Assembly (NCBI GenBank): GCA_964016885.1
Contig: OZ024761.1
Span: 4,960,001-5,024,000, forward strand
Source of the DNA: Eledone cirrhosa
Lineage: Eukaryota
Length of the DNA: 64,000 nt
Direction of reading: 5' to 3'
Shown here: piece after piece, positions 41,300 through 55,125 of the stretch
Layout of the letters: every line of letters begins with the position of its first letter
Position numbering within the stretch: the stretch's first letter is position 1
Notes under the pieces: generated by a model
Told to the model about the DNA's origin: nothing
Database searches by the model: none
The model's input: only the letters and a program-made list of their open reading frames with translations
Made by a program: the position numbers and the translations under genes

Positions 41300-44165
41300 A
41301 GCATCATCATTGTCACATCATTGTCACATCATCGTCACATCATTGTCACATCATCGTCACATCATTGTCACATCATTGTCACATCACCATCATTGTCACA
41401 TTATTGTCACATACATCATCATTGTCACATCATTGTCACATCATTGTCACATCATCGTCACATCATTGTCACATCATCGTCACATCATTGTCACATCATC
41501 GTCACATCATTGTCACATCATCGTCTCATCATCAATGTCACATCACCATCATTGTCACATACATCATCATCATCGTCACATCATCGTCACATCATCGTCA
41601 CATCATTGTCACATCATTGTCATATCATTGTCACATCATTGTCACATCATTGTCACATCATCGTTACATCATTGTCACATCACCATCATTGTCACATCAT
41701 TGTCACATCATTGTCACATCATTGTCACATCATTGTCACATCATTGTCACATAATTGTCACATCATCGTCACATAATTGTCACATCATCGTCACATCATC
41801 ATCACACCATTGTCACATCATTGTCACATTATCGTCACATCATTGTCACATACATCATCATTGTCACATCACCATCGTCACATCATTGTCACATCATTGT
41901 CACATCATTGTCACATCATTGTCACATAATCGTCACATCATTGTCACATCATCATCACATCATTGTCACATACATCATCATTGTCACATCACCATCATTG
42001 TCACATCATCGTCACATCACCATCATTGTCACATCATCGTCACATCATTGTCACATCATCGTTACATCATTGTCACATCATCGTCACATCATTGTCACAT
42101 ACATCATCATTGTCACATCACCATCGTCACATCATTGTCACATCATTGTCACATCATTGTCACATCATCATCACATCATTGTCACATACATCATCATTGT
42201 CACATCACCATCATTGTCACATCATCGTCACATCATCGTCACATCATTGTCACATCATTGTCACATCATCGTCACATAATCGTCTCATCATTGTCACATC
42301 ATCGTTACATCATTGTCACATCATTGTCACATACATCATCATTGTCACATCATTGTCACATCATCGTTACATCATTGTCACATCATCATCAATGTCACAT
42401 ACATCATCATTGTCACATCATTATAACATCATCATCATTGTCACATCATTGTCACATCACTGTCACATCATCATCATTGTCACAGCATTGTCACATCATC
42501 ATCATTGTCACAGCATTGTCACATCATTGGCACATCACTGTCACATACATCATCATCATTGTCACTTCACCATCATTGTCACATCACCATTGTAGTGTTT
42601 TGGAACAGTTTAAAATCCACTCAGCGAGACAACAACTGTTTAGCAACTTCACAAGGAAGAAGACCTTTATTACAACAAAACACCAATTTATACAGGTGTT
42701 AAAATAGGTATGACTCATGCACGTGATGATTGGTTGAGTACAAAAACAAACAAAAGGGGAGTCAGGTAATGCTTAACGTTAAGACAAAGGAATGTATGAA
42801 AAATGATTAGTCATGCACACGTGATACAAACAGGTGTAGAGAGAAAGTAGAATAATGTATAAAATGTTGAATCAGAACGAAGAACAGTCACAACAACCAT
42901 CTTTGTCACATCATTGTCACATCATCACCATTGTCACATCATCATTGTCACATCATCATCATTGTCACATCATCATCATTGTCACATCATCATTGTCACA
43001 TCATCATTGTCACATCATCATTGTCACATCATCATTGTCACATCATCATCACTGTCACATCCTCATCACTGTCACATCATCATTGTCACATCATCATTGT
43101 CATATCATCACCATTGTCACAGCATTGTCACATCATCATTGTCACATCATCATTGTCACATCATCATTGTCATATCATCACCATTGTCACAGCATTGTCA
43201 CATCATCATTGTCACATCATCATCATTGTCACATCATCATTGTCACATCATCATCATTGTCACATCATCATTGTCACATCATCACCACTGTCACATCATC
43301 ATCATTGTCACATCGTCATCATCATTGTCACATCATCATTGTCACATCATCATCATTGTCACATCATCATCATTGTCACATCATCATCATCATTGCCACA
43401 TCATCATCATTGTCACATCATCATCATTGTCACATCATCATCATCATTGCCACATCATCATCATTGTACTATCATCATTGTCACATCATCATCATTGTCA
43501 CATCATCATTGTCATTTCATCATCATCATTGTCACATCATTGTCACATCATCATCATTGTCACATCATCATTGTCACATATTCATTGTCATCATCATCAT
43601 TGTCACATCATCATTGTCACATCATTGTCACATCATCATCATTGTCACATCACCATCATTGTCACATCACCATCATTGTCACATCACCATCATTGTCACA
43701 TCATCATCATTGTCACATCATCATCATCATCATTGTCACATCATTGTCATATCATCATCATGTCACATCACTATCATTGTCACATTGTCATCAATGTCAC
43801 ATAATCATCATCATTGTCACATCATTATCATCACTGTCACATCACTATCATTGTCACATCATCATTGTCACATCATCATCATTGTTACATCATCATTGTC
43901 ACATCATCATCATTGTCACATCATCATTGTCACATCATCATCATTGTCACATCATCATTGTCACATCACTATCATTGTCACATCATCATTGTCACATCAT
44001 CATCATTGTCACATCATCATTGTCACATCATCATCATTGTCACATCATCATTGTCACATCACTATCATTGTCACATCATCATTGTCACATCATCATCATT
44101 GTCACATCATCATTGTCACATCACTATCATTGTCACATCATCATTGTCACATCATCATTGTCAAC
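41300..44165. repeat. Two blocks of TGTCA(CAT)n compound minisatellite (41300-42592, 42903-44165)
   Basis: Direct reading; source of the His/Ile/Ser-rich spurious ORFs. Confidence 0.95.
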
Positions 44166-44185
44166 ATTGCCATTATTACATCAGG

Positions 44186-44870
44186 ACGGTGGATTGGCAG
44201 TACCGGTAGAGGGTCGGACACCATGCATTGCAGCATAGAGTTACGGCCCTTGAGTTCAAATCCCGCCCAGGTTAACTTTGCCTTTCATCCTTACAGGGTT
44301 GATAAATAAAGTACCAGTCAAGTACTGGGGTCGATGTAATTGACTTTCTCCTCCCCCCAAAAAAAATTGCTGAACTTGTGCCTACATAAGAAACTATTAT
44401 TAATAAGGGCAGTGGATTGGCAATATCAGTAATACACTGGGGTCAATATGATCAACGTTTCCTTTCCACCCATATAATTGACCTTGTGTCAAAAGTAGAA
44501 TTGTTGGCCTTGTGTCATTATTAGATCAGTCTGTGGGTGGTGGATTGGCAGTATCGGTAGAGGGTCGGACGCCATGCTTTCCAGCATAGTTACGGCCCTT
44601 TATGATCTGAGTTCAAATACCGCCGAAGTTGACTTTGCCTTTCATCCTTACGGGGTCGATAAAATAAAGTACCAGTAATGCACTGGGTAATTTCTGGCCT
44701 TGTGCCTAAATTAGAAACAATTATTAGATCAGTCTGTATCATCTCTGGAAGTGGTTGATAAAATAAAGTACCAGTAATGCACTGGGTAATTGCTGGCCTT
44801 GTGCCTAAAGTAGAAACAATTATTAGATCAGTCTGTATCATCTCTGGAAGTGGTTGATAAAATAAAGTAC
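44186..44870 (+). mobile_element. Cluster of tRNA-derived SINE copies and partial duplicates
   Basis: Same family as 10228 and 36224. Confidence 0.8.
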
Positions 44871-44943
44871 CATGATGACAAATTAGATGGTACATAATAC
44901 TACGCAGTTTCCCTGCTGATATCTCTTCATCTTCTCTTTTTAG

Positions 44944-45083
44944 GCATCACCTTGAGAAAGCTGGCTACCATTGTACACTAGAGAATGTGGAGACTGTTCA
45001 AAACATTGATGTTCTTCTCCAACAACATGAGATATCGGCTATATTTGCTCTCCATGCTTATCATTCAGGGAAGATTCTTATAA
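44944..45083 (+). CDS. GLT1D1: GLT1D1-like, coding exon 2
   Basis: HHLEKAGYHCTL..SAIFALHAYHSGKILI; TTTAG acceptor, GTAAG donor, phases 2/1 fit the neighbours. Confidence 0.92.
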
Positions 45084-45185
45084 GTAAGAAATATCTCAAC
45101 TGTTAACAACCATCTTTTAAATTGTTCAGCTGAGGCTCAATCAAAAACTTAATTAATGCTGTCATCAATTAACTTCTTGATTCAT

Positions 45186-45834
45186 TTAACCCTTTACCAT
45201 TTACATTACCCTATATATACTATTGTATTTTCACAGTAAAGGCTTTACCTCACATAATATCTCACATAACATTTACATTACTCTATATATACTATTGTAT
45301 TTTCACAGTAAAGGTTTTACCTCACATAATATCTCACATAACATTTACATTACTCTATATATACTATTATATTTTCACAGTAAAGGCTTTACCTCACATA
45401 ATATCTCACATAACATTTACATTACTCTATATATACTATTGTATTTTCACAGTAAAGGTTTACCTCACATAATACCTCACATAACATTTACATTACTCTA
45501 TATATACTATTGTATTTTCACAGTAAAGGCTTTACCTCACATAATATCTCACATAACATTTACATTACTCTATATATACTATTGTATTTTCACAGTAAAG
45601 GCTTTATCTCACATAATATCTCACATAACATTTACATTACTCTATATATACTATTGTATTTTCACAGTAAAGGCTTTATCTCATATAATATCAAAAATAT
45701 AGGAGATTTTGATATTATTCATTTTGAGAACAATACTTTAACATCAGTATAAGTGGGCTGTTACAGCCGGTTTGAACAGAAATGGATGAGAGAATTCTGG
45801 CCGAATATGGCCGGTTTAAATGCTAAAGAGTTAA
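45186..45834 (+). mobile_element. Complete TTAA-flanked MITE with 72-bp internal array (~7 units)
   Basis: TTAA-CCCTTTACCATTTA...TAAATGCTAAAGAG-TTAA; another right end at 46270-46408. Confidence 0.85.
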
Positions 45835-46477
45835 GGGTTTAACACTACCACCTGGTTCATGGGTACCTTTAGCAGAGTCCCTACTGTCTCATGCATTTGG
45901 GGCAAGTGTCTGGTTCAAGGATACCTTCCTTCTGCCCTACTCACCAATCACAGGGTCCCTTAGAAAGGTTTATGGGTATTGTCCTCCTCTCCCTGACTAA
46001 GTTTAAGATGAGTCTATCACAAACCCTATGACTCATCAGTCCAGTACTTTGCAGTAATCAATTGAGATTACAAGACTTTCCCCTGGGACACTATAAGCCC
46101 AACACCCTCACCACTAAATCAAACTCCTGTTATCCTATATCATATATAAGGTGACTTTTTCAATGCCCATCAACCTCTAACCTACAAACATACCATCTCC
46201 TCCCTCTACAGTGAAAATACATGGCTCTGTGGTTAGGGTGTTCGTCTCATAATTAAAAAGTTATGAGCTTGGTTATGAAATTTTGATATTATTTATTTTG
46301 AGAACAATACTTTAACATCAGTATGAGTAGGCAGTTACTGCCGGTTTGAATAGGAAGAGGTGAGAGAATTTTGGCCGGATATGGCTGGTTTAAATGCTAA
46401 AGGGTTAAACTTATTCAACCCCTCATAATCAAATAAATAGCTAGACTAAACGAAACTTGCTTATTTCTCCCTTTCAG

Positions 46478-46589
46478 AAAGCCATCTAAACTTACCATAT
46501 GCTGTGATTCTTGGTGGAACTGATGTCAATGAATATCATAGAAATAATGATTACATGGAGGTTATGACTTCAATTTTAAAACATTCGAG
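46478..46589 (+). CDS. GLT1D1: GLT1D1-like, coding exon 3
   Basis: SHLNLPYAVILGGTDVNE.. (GGTDVNE signature); TTTCAG / GTAATG; phases 1/2. Confidence 0.95.
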
Positions 46590-46919
46590 GTAATGAGATT
46601 TTCACAAATTATATTTATGGTGGTTCAGTGGTTAGAGAGTTGGATTCACAATCATGAGGTTGTGAGTTCGATTCTCAGACTGGGCAATGTGTTATGTTCT
46701 TCAGTAAGACACTATATTTTATATTGCTCCTTCTGCCAGGAATTGCAACAGATAAATAGTATTAGTAGTTAGAAAGACCAACAGAAAGATTGTTTCCTTG
46801 GTCCAATCTGATGAATTCCACTCCACTCAGTAAGTGAGGGATCTTGTTTCATTTACCCTTTACTTTATATTACTGCATGGAAGTGTCATTTCAGTCAGAA
46901 AAACTGTTAACTTTGCTTT

Positions 46920-47106
46920 ACACGAGCGTGGCTGAAAAGTTCATAGGCTGTCTATGACAGAGTAATGCTAGAGCTGTGAAATCTTACATGGTTAATATCA
47001 ACTCTTCTTCTTAATAACTGCATTGTTTCTTTCCAGGGATTATGTTGAAAAATAAACCTCATTTGGTCATTCCATGAGAGTATCTTGGTCAGCCTATGAA
47101 CTTTTC
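46920..47106. mobile_element. Tc1/mariner-like MITE
   Basis: Inverted repeats GAAAAGTTCATAGGCTG / CAGCCTATGAACTTTTC. Confidence 0.6.
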
Positions 47107-47754
47107 GTGTTTTTATATTTACCATTTATTTCTTAGTGTCCACATTTTTATGGCACTGACACATCTAAAAGGACCTAGTCCACTCTGTTAGGGGATCATG
47201 CTAGTTTCATGACTAAAAGCACCCAGTCCACCCAGTAAGGTGGTCATACTAATTCCATGACTGAAAGCACCTGTCTATCTTGTAAGGTAGTAGTGCTGGG
47301 GTCAAAACAAAAAGCACCTTATCCACTGTTAGGTGGTCATGCTAGTTTCACAACTTAAAGAACTTAAATCCACCCAGTAAGATGGTCATGTTTGTGCCAT
47401 GACAAAAACACCTAGGCCACTCTGGTTGTACTCGTTCCATGACAAAAAGCAACCTGTCTGTCCATCATGTAAGGTGGTAGTGCCAGAGTCACAGAAAAAG
47501 CTCTGTCCTCACTGTAAAGTGGTTAGCATTAGAAAGGACACCCAGGCTTAGAGAGGACACCCAGGCTTAGAAAGGACACCCAGGCTTAGAAAACCAAGCC
47601 AAAAATGGAATGTATGAGCAAGACATTTCCTATGAGTTGTTTAATCTCAAAATATGACAACCCATCGAACCTATGCAAGCCTTGAAAATAAATGTCAGTG
47701 ATGATGATGATGATGAGGAAGCGGAGGCGGAGAAGATGATTTTCTATCATATTG

Positions 47755-48385
47755 TGTAAGTGTCACAACAAAAAGAACCCAGCCCACACTGTAAAGTGTT
47801 CATGTAGGTGTCACAACAAAAAACACCCAGTCCACACAGTAAAGTGGTCATGTAGGTGTCACAAGAAAAAGTACCCAGCCCACTCTGTAAAGTGGTCATG
47901 TAGGTGTCACAACAAAAAGCACCCAGTCCACACTGTAAAGTGGTCATGTAGGTGTCACAACAAAAAGTACCCAGTCCACACTGTAAAGTAGTCATGTAGG
48001 TGTCACAAGAAAAAGTACCCAGCCCACTCTGTAAAGTGGTCATGTAGGTGTCACAACAAAAAGCACCCAGTCCACACTGTAAAGTGGTCATGTAGGTGAC
48101 ACGACAAAAAGCACCCAGCCCACACTGTAAAGTGGTCATGTAGGTGTCACAACAAAAAGCACCCAGTCCACACTGTAAAGTGGTCAGTAAGGTGTCATGA
48201 CAAAAAGCACCCAGTACACACTGTAAATGAGGTTGGCATTAAGGAAGGGCATCCAGCTGTAGAAATTAAGCCAAAATTAGTTCTGTATGAACTAGACATG
48301 GACACCTGAGTTGGTATTGCCCACAACGAGACAACTCATCTAACCCATGCTAGTGTAAAAAATGGACATAAAACAATGATGATGA
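47755..48385 (+). repeat. 48-bp internal unit amplified ~10x inside an RTE-tailed SINE
   Basis: TGTAGGTGTCACAACAAAAAGCACCCAGTCCACACTGTAAAGTGGTCA; other copies (2575, 57210) have only 2 units. Confidence 0.88.
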
Positions 48386-49412
48386 GAATCAAAGTCGGTT
48401 TCTTGCAGTTCGATAATGTTACATCAGACAAGTTTGGAAGAAGTCGATGCTAAATGGACTAAAATGTTGTTTGTAAACCATATCTTCTCAGTTGGAACAG
48501 CCAATATTTAGGTCAGAGTAAACAATTGTAAAATCTATTTTTGTTGCATCTTGTTTATTTATTAACTCATGAATACTAACTTCAGTATCAATGTAAAAAA
48601 CTGTGTATTCATTCTCTCACAGTTCATTACATAAATTATCAACCACACCTACTTAACATTTCTCAAGCTCAATATTCACACACTTTCTAACAGAACAATA
48701 TTTAAAACATACGTCACTCTTTTATGTAAACATGAAAAATTGCAAAATCATTTGCTGTTGAACCCAACAACAATAACTGTTTCTACTTTTGGCACAAGGC
48801 CAGCAATTACCCAGTACATTACTGGTAGACTACCACTACTACCACTACCACCACTACTACTACCACTACCACCACTACTACTACTACCACCACCACTACT
48901 ATTACTACTACTACTACCACCACTACTACTATCACCACCACTACTATTATGACCACCACTACTATTACCACCACCACCACTACTTCTACTACCACCACCA
49001 CTACTACTACCACCACCACCACTAGAGGTCGTGTAGGTGTCACGACAAAAAAACACACAGTCCACGCTGTAATGTGGCCGTGTAGGTAACACGGTAAAAA
49101 CCTCCCAGTCCACACTGTAAACGTGGTTGGTGTTGGGAAGGGCATCCAGCCGTAGAAAACCCGCCAGACAGTCCTATATGAGCAGGACAACCAATCTTGC
49201 CTCAAGTGGGAAAATTCCCGTCCAAACCCATGCTAGCGTGGAAGATGGACGTTAAACGATGATGATGATGATGGTGATTACTGGTTCTTTATTTTATTGA
49301 GCCCGTAAGGATGAAAGGCAAAGTTAACCTCGGCAGGATTTGAACTCATAACCTGACAATAATAATAAGAATTATTTTACTGTTTTCCTTTATTTAGTAA
49401 CATTTTCTTTAT

Positions 49413-49857
49413 TAGCTTTATACAATATGTACATTAATTTCGTATTTCTAAAGAAATACGGTTTTAGGAAGCTGTAGCTATGCAAACACTGGGGCTAACG
49501 CCCTCTGGTGGTGTCTAGCAGAAGCAAGGGAGACAACCATCTATGCATTTCAGGCTTGACTGGCCTTCTTCAGGACGGTCCCTCCCACCGCTTGCTACTA
49601 CTGCACTTGAAAACAGACGAGAATATATAGTTGTCTCGTCTGTGTAAATGAGCTGATTAATCTCATTTGCATATGAAGCTACATAAGTTGGCTCAACTTA
49701 GAATAGAAAAGAAATAAGATTTCACTTCAAGCATAGCTTTGTACAATATGTATAGAAATTTCGTATTTCCAAAGAAATACGGTTTTAGAAAGCCGTAGCT
49801 ATGCAAACACCTGGGGCTAACGCCCTCTGGTGGTGTCCAGCAGAAGCAAGGGGGACA
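49413..49857 (-). mobile_element. Retrozyme-like element: ~321-bp unit plus partial repeat, flanked by a 53-bp direct duplication
   Basis: 49413-49535 is similar to 49734-49857; flanks 49356-49408 = 49869-49921; HHR inside. Confidence 0.8.
49536..49579 (-). ncRNA. Minimal type I hammerhead ribozyme, fully canonical core
   Basis: Minus: ACCGTC-CTGAAGA-AGGC cagtcaa GCCT-GAAA-TGCA-T-A-GATGGT. Confidence 0.92.
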
Positions 49858-49945
49858 TATTTAACCCAACAATAATAATAAGAATTATTTTACTGTTTTC
49901 CTTTATTTAGTAACATTTTCTGAAAGATTCTTATTCTTTTGTCAG

Positions 49946-49997
49946 GAAAATAATTGGATTCAGTGAGGAGATGATTGACAATGCCACAAAGTTATGG
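49946..49997 (+). CDS. GLT1D1: GLT1D1-like, coding exon 4
   Basis: (R)KIIGFSEEMIDNATKLW; GTCAG / GTAATA; phases 2/0. Confidence 0.9.
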
Positions 49998-50204
49998 GTA
50001 ATATCGCTGTTGCTTTTCATTCTACTTTGATATACACAGTAATTAGTGTGGGTCAGCAGATGGTTTACCTGGAGGTGGGGTCACCTTTGTGATTGGTTAG
50101 AAGGACTGGAGCTGCAGGTCAAGGTTAGAAGTTAGAGGGGAGATGGTTTAATTCTTCATTGACCTGTCCAGATCTTGGGGCTGTTTATTGATGTATGGTT
50201 TACA

Positions 50205-51270
50205 TTGATGTGAGGGTCATGGCTGGCTGTTGTTGATGTGAGGGTCATGGGTGGCTGGTGTTGGTGTGAGGGTCATGGGTGGCTGGTGTTTGTGTGAGGG
50301 TCATGGGTGGCTGGTGTTTGTGTGAGGGTCATGGGTGGCTGGTGTTGGTGTGAGGGTCATGGGTGGCTGTGTTTGTGTGAGGGTCATGGGTGGCTGGTGT
50401 GAGGGGTCATGGCTGTTGTTGGTGTGAGGTCATGGCTGGCAGGTGTTGGTGTGAGGGTCATGGGTGGCTGATGTTGGTGTGAGGGTCATGGGTGGCTGGT
50501 GTTTGTGTGAGGGTCATGGGTGGCTGGTGTTGGTGTGAGGGTCATGGGTGGCTGGTGTGAGGGGTCATGGCTGTTGTTGGTGTGAGGTCATGGCTGGCTG
50601 GTGTTGGTGTGGGGGTCACGGCTGGCTGTTGGTGTGATGGTCATGGCTGGCTGGTGTTGATATGAGGGTCATGGCTGGCTCTTGTGAGGGTCATGGCTGG
50701 CTGGTGTTGAAGTGAAGGTCATGACTGGCTGTTGTTGGTGTGAGGGTCATGGCTAGCTGGTGTTGGTGTGAGGGTCATGGCTGGCTGGTGTTGATGTGAG
50801 GGTCATGGGTGGCTGGTGTGAGGGGTCATGGCTGTTGTTGGTGTGAGGTCATGGCTGGCTGGTGTTGGTGTGGGGGTCACGGCTGGCTGTTGGTGTGATG
50901 GTCATGGCTGGCTGGTGTTGATATGAGGGTCATGGCTGGCTGGTGTTGAAGTGAAGGTCATGACTGGCTGTTGTTGGTGTGAGGGTCATGGCTAGCTGGT
51001 GTTGGTGTGAGGGTCATGGCTGGCTGGTGTTGATGTGAGGGTCATGGCTGGCTGGTGTTGGTGTGAGGGTCATGGCTGGCTGTTGTTGGTGTGAGGGTCA
51101 TGGCTGGCTGGTGTTGGTGTGGGGGTCATGGCTGGCTGTTATTTATGTGAGGGTCATGGGTGGCTTGTGCGAGTCATGGCTGGCTGGAGTTAGTGTGAGG
51201 GTCATGGCTGGCTGGTGTTGGTGTGAGGATGATGGCTGACTGGTGTTGGTGTGGGGGTGATGGCTGGCTT
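50205..51270. repeat. ~25-29-bp G/T-rich minisatellite
   Basis: GAGGGTCATGGCTGGCTGGTGTTGGTGT and variants. Confidence 0.92.
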
Positions 51271-51329
51271 TGGTTTAATTTTTGTTGTATCACTGGTTAT
51301 GACAATTAGAATCTCACACAGATATATGA

Positions 51330-52545
51330 GTGTGTGTCTCTCTCTGTATGTGTGTGTGTGTGTCTCTCTGTATGTATGTATGTATGTGTCTGCCTATCTG
51401 TGTGTGTGTGTCTGCCTCTCTGTATGTGTGTGTGTGTGTCTCTCTCTGTATTTATGTGTGTGTCTCTCTGTATGTATGTGTGTGTGTCTGCCTCTCTGTG
51501 TGTATGTGTGTGTGTCTGCCTCTCTGTATGTGTGTGTGTGTCTGCCTCTCTGTATGTGTGTGTGTCTGCCTCTCTGTATGTATGTGTGTGTCTGCCTCTC
51601 TGTATGTGTGTGTGTGTCTGCCTCTCTGTATGTATGTGTGTGTCTGCTTCTCTGTATGTATGTGTGTGTCTGCCTCTCTGTATGTATGTGTGTGTCTGCC
51701 TCTCTGTATGTATGTCTCTCTGTATGTATGTGTGTGTCTGCCTCTCTGTATGTGTGTGTGTGTCTGCCTCTCTGTATGTATGTGTGTGTCTGCTTCTCTG
51801 TATGTATGTGTGTGTCTGCCTCTCTGTATGTATGTGTGTGTCAGCCTCTCTGTATGTATGTGTGTGTCTGCCTCTCTGTATGTATGTGTGTGTCAGCCTC
51901 TCTGTATGTATGTGTGTGTCAGCCTCTCTGTATGTATGTGTGTGTCTGCCTCTCTGTATGTGTGTGTGTGTCTGCCTCTCTGTATGTGTGTGTCTGCCTC
52001 TCTGTATGTGTGTGTGTCTGCCTCTCTGTATGTATGTGTGTGTCTGCCTCTCTGTATGTATGTGTGTGTCTGCTTCTCTGTATGTATGTGTGTGTGTCTG
52101 CCTCTCTGTATGTATGTGTGTGTCAGCCTCTCTGTATGTATGTGTGTGTCAGCCTCTCTGTATGTATGTGTGTGTCTGCCTCTCTGTATGTATGTGTGTG
52201 TCTGCCTCTCTGTATGTATGTATGTGTCTGCCTCTCTGTATGTATGTGTGTGTCTGCCTCTCTCTATATATGTGTGTGTCTGTCTCTCTGTATGTATGTG
52301 TGTGTCTGCCTCTCAGTATGTGTGTGTGTGTCTGCCTCTCTATGTGTGTGTGTGTCTGCCTCTCTGTATGTGTGTGTGTGTCAGCCTCTCTGTATGTATG
52401 TGTGTGTCTGCCTCTCTGTATGTATGTGTGTGTCTGCCTCTCAGTATGTATGTGTGTGTCTGCCTCTCTGTATGTGTGTGTGTGTCTACCTCTCTATGTG
52501 TGTGTGTGTCTGCCTCTCTGTATGTGTGTGTGTGTGTGTGTGTCT
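51330..52545. repeat. ~26-bp microsatellite-derived minisatellite
   Basis: TCTGCCTCTCTGTATGTATGTGTGTG. Confidence 0.92.
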
Positions 52546-52908
52546 GTTTTTTTTTTCTTTTCTTGTTTTGAAATAATAGTTTCTGATTTAAACACAAGGC
52601 CAACAATTCTTGGAGGGGAGAGAGTCAATTAAATTGAGCACCAGTGTATGACTGGTACTTTATTTTATCAAGCCTGCTGATAGAGTGTTCACCCTTTACA
52701 ACACAGTCAAAATACAAACATCTTGATAACCATCTGTATTGATCTTGTGGAAGATTGTTATCCAATATTGATACTCTCTCCCCCTCCTCCCCCTTCCTCT
52801 TCCTCCCCTTCCTTCCTCTTCCTCCCCCTCCTCTTCCTCTTCCCCCTCTGGATGTTATTTATTGCAGACAAGTAAAATGTCTTCTTTTGTTTTCTATTTT
52901 AATTTCAG

Positions 52909-52948
52909 AAACACATAGATGCTGGGATATTTGTAGTTATCCCTCAAG
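52909..52948 (+). CDS. GLT1D1: GLT1D1-like, coding exon 5 (further exons not found in the window)
   Basis: KHIDAGIFVVIPQ(G); long polypyrimidine tract with TTTCAG, donor GTACC; phase 0 start fits exon 4. Confidence 0.85.
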
Positions 52949-53077
52949 GTACCTATCATCTGTTTTAGAGCCTGGTTCCTCTCCTACTCTCTAACCCCTA
53001 ACACTAACTCCTCACATTTTTTAATTGTTCCCCCTCATGTTTCCAGCACTAAATAAAAAAAATAAAAAAAATAATAA

Positions 53078-53946
53078 TAATTGTTTATACTTTAGGCACA
53101 AGGCCAGCAATTACCCCAGTGTATTACTGGTACTTTATTTTATCGACCCCATAAGCATGAAAGGCAAAGTCAACCTCGGCGGGATTTGAACTCAGATCGT
53201 AAAGGGAGGTAACTCTATGCTGCAAAGCATGGCGTCCGACCCTCCACCGATACTGCCAATCCACCGCCCTAATAAAAAAAATAATAATAATTGTTTATAC
53301 TTTAGGCACAAGGCCAGCAATTACCCCAGTGTATTACTGGTACTTTATTTCATCAACCCCGTAAGCATGAAAGGCAAAGTTAACCTCGGCGGGATTTGAA
53401 CTCAGGCCATAAAGGGCCGTAACTCTATGCTGCATAGCAATGTGTCTGGCCCTCTACTGATACTGCCAATCCACCGCCCTCCAAAAGAAAAATAATAATA
53501 ATAATAATGGTTTCCCCAATTTTGGGAGAGTGGGGAAAATCAATTAAATTGACTCCAGTGCATTACTGGTACTTGTTTTATCGACCCTGTATAGATGAAA
53601 GGAAAAGTTAACCATGGCAGAATTTGTACTCAGAACGTAAAGGGACATAACTCTATGTTGCAAAGTATGGTAGTAAGAATAATTGTTTCTACTTTAAACA
53701 CAAGGCCAGCAATTATCCCAGTACATTACTGGTACTTTATTTTATTGACCCCGTAAAGATGAAAAGCAAAGTTTACCTTATAATGATTTCTAGTTTAGGG
53801 ACAAGGCCAGTAATTTGGGGGAGGCAAAAGTCGATTAAATTGACCAAGTACATTACTGGTACTTTATTTTAGCAACCCTGTAAGGATGAAAGGTAAAGCT
53901 AAACTTGGCAGAATTTGTACTCAGAATGTAAAGGGACATAACTCTA
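53078..53946 (-). mobile_element. Head-to-tail cluster of ~5 tRNA-derived SINE copies
   Basis: Reverse complement of the 36224 family. Confidence 0.85.
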
Positions 53947-54358
53947 TAAAAATAATAATAAAAATAAAAACAACTAGAAGATCAAAAGAGATGTATAAAA
54001 ATATTAGAAAACTGGAGACTTGCTTACCATCTTGTCCAGTCTGAGTTAATATCAACTTCAACATAATTTCTTCTGAATTATATATCATGTCCTGAAAAGG
54101 ACCTGTCCAACCCATGCCAGCATAGAAAAATGGACTTAAAGGTATTGATGATGATGATGATGATACCAGTAATATACTTTGTCTTGTCAACATCTACACA
54201 CTGTGCCTTTATATATATAGTCAGTATCTACACACTGTGTCTATATATATATATATATACACCCAACATCTACACAATATATATATATAGTGAAATAAAA
54301 TAACAAGGACGATTGGATAGTGGATATATATATATATATATACAACATCTACACACTG

Positions 54359-54407
<49 letters not shown>

Positions 54408-54445
54408 TCAACATCTACACACTGTGTCTATATATATATACACCC

Positions 54446-54888
54446 ACCATCTACACTATTATCTACCTCTCCAGTCAATCTCTACACTATTATCTACCTC
54501 TCCAGTCAATCTCTACACTATTATCTACCTCTCCAGTCAATCTCTACACTATTATCTACCTCTCCAGTCAATCTCTACACTATTATCTACCTCTTCAGGC
54601 AATCTGTACACTATTATCTACCTCTTCAGCCACCATCTACACTATTATCTACCTCTCCAGTCAATCTCTACACTATTATCTACCTCTTCAGTCACCATCT
54701 ACACTATTATCTACCTCTCCAGTCAATCTCTACACTATTATCTACCTCTTCAGTCACCATCTACACTATTATCTACCTCTCCAGTCAATCTCTACACTAT
54801 TATCTACCTCTTCAGGCAATCTGTACACTATTATCTACCTCTTCAGCCACCATCTACACTATTATCTACCTCTCCAGTCAATCTCTAC
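54446..54888. repeat. ~31-bp minisatellite, ~14 units
   Basis: TCTACACTATTATCTACCTCTCCAGTCAATC. Confidence 0.92.
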
Positions 54889-55125
54889 ATCCACTTAAGC
54901 CTACTTTACTTATAATCCTACACTTTGCTCTGCCCTTCACTCTCCCCCAATATGTCCCACACTCCTTGTGCTTCATGCCAAGACCAGCAATACAGGACAG
55001 TGGGAGTTTTCTCCTTTCTGCACTGAAACTAGCATTCACCTATGTTATACACACACGCACACGCGTACGTTCTTACGTATCTATGTATTTATGTATGTAT
55101 GTACATATGAATGTATTTGTATATA

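Noticed and set aside
41310-44309. His/Ser/Ile-rich ORFs up to 484 aa resembling metal-binding proteins
   Set aside because: Open in several frames over a TGTCA(CAT)n array inside GLT1D1 intron 1.
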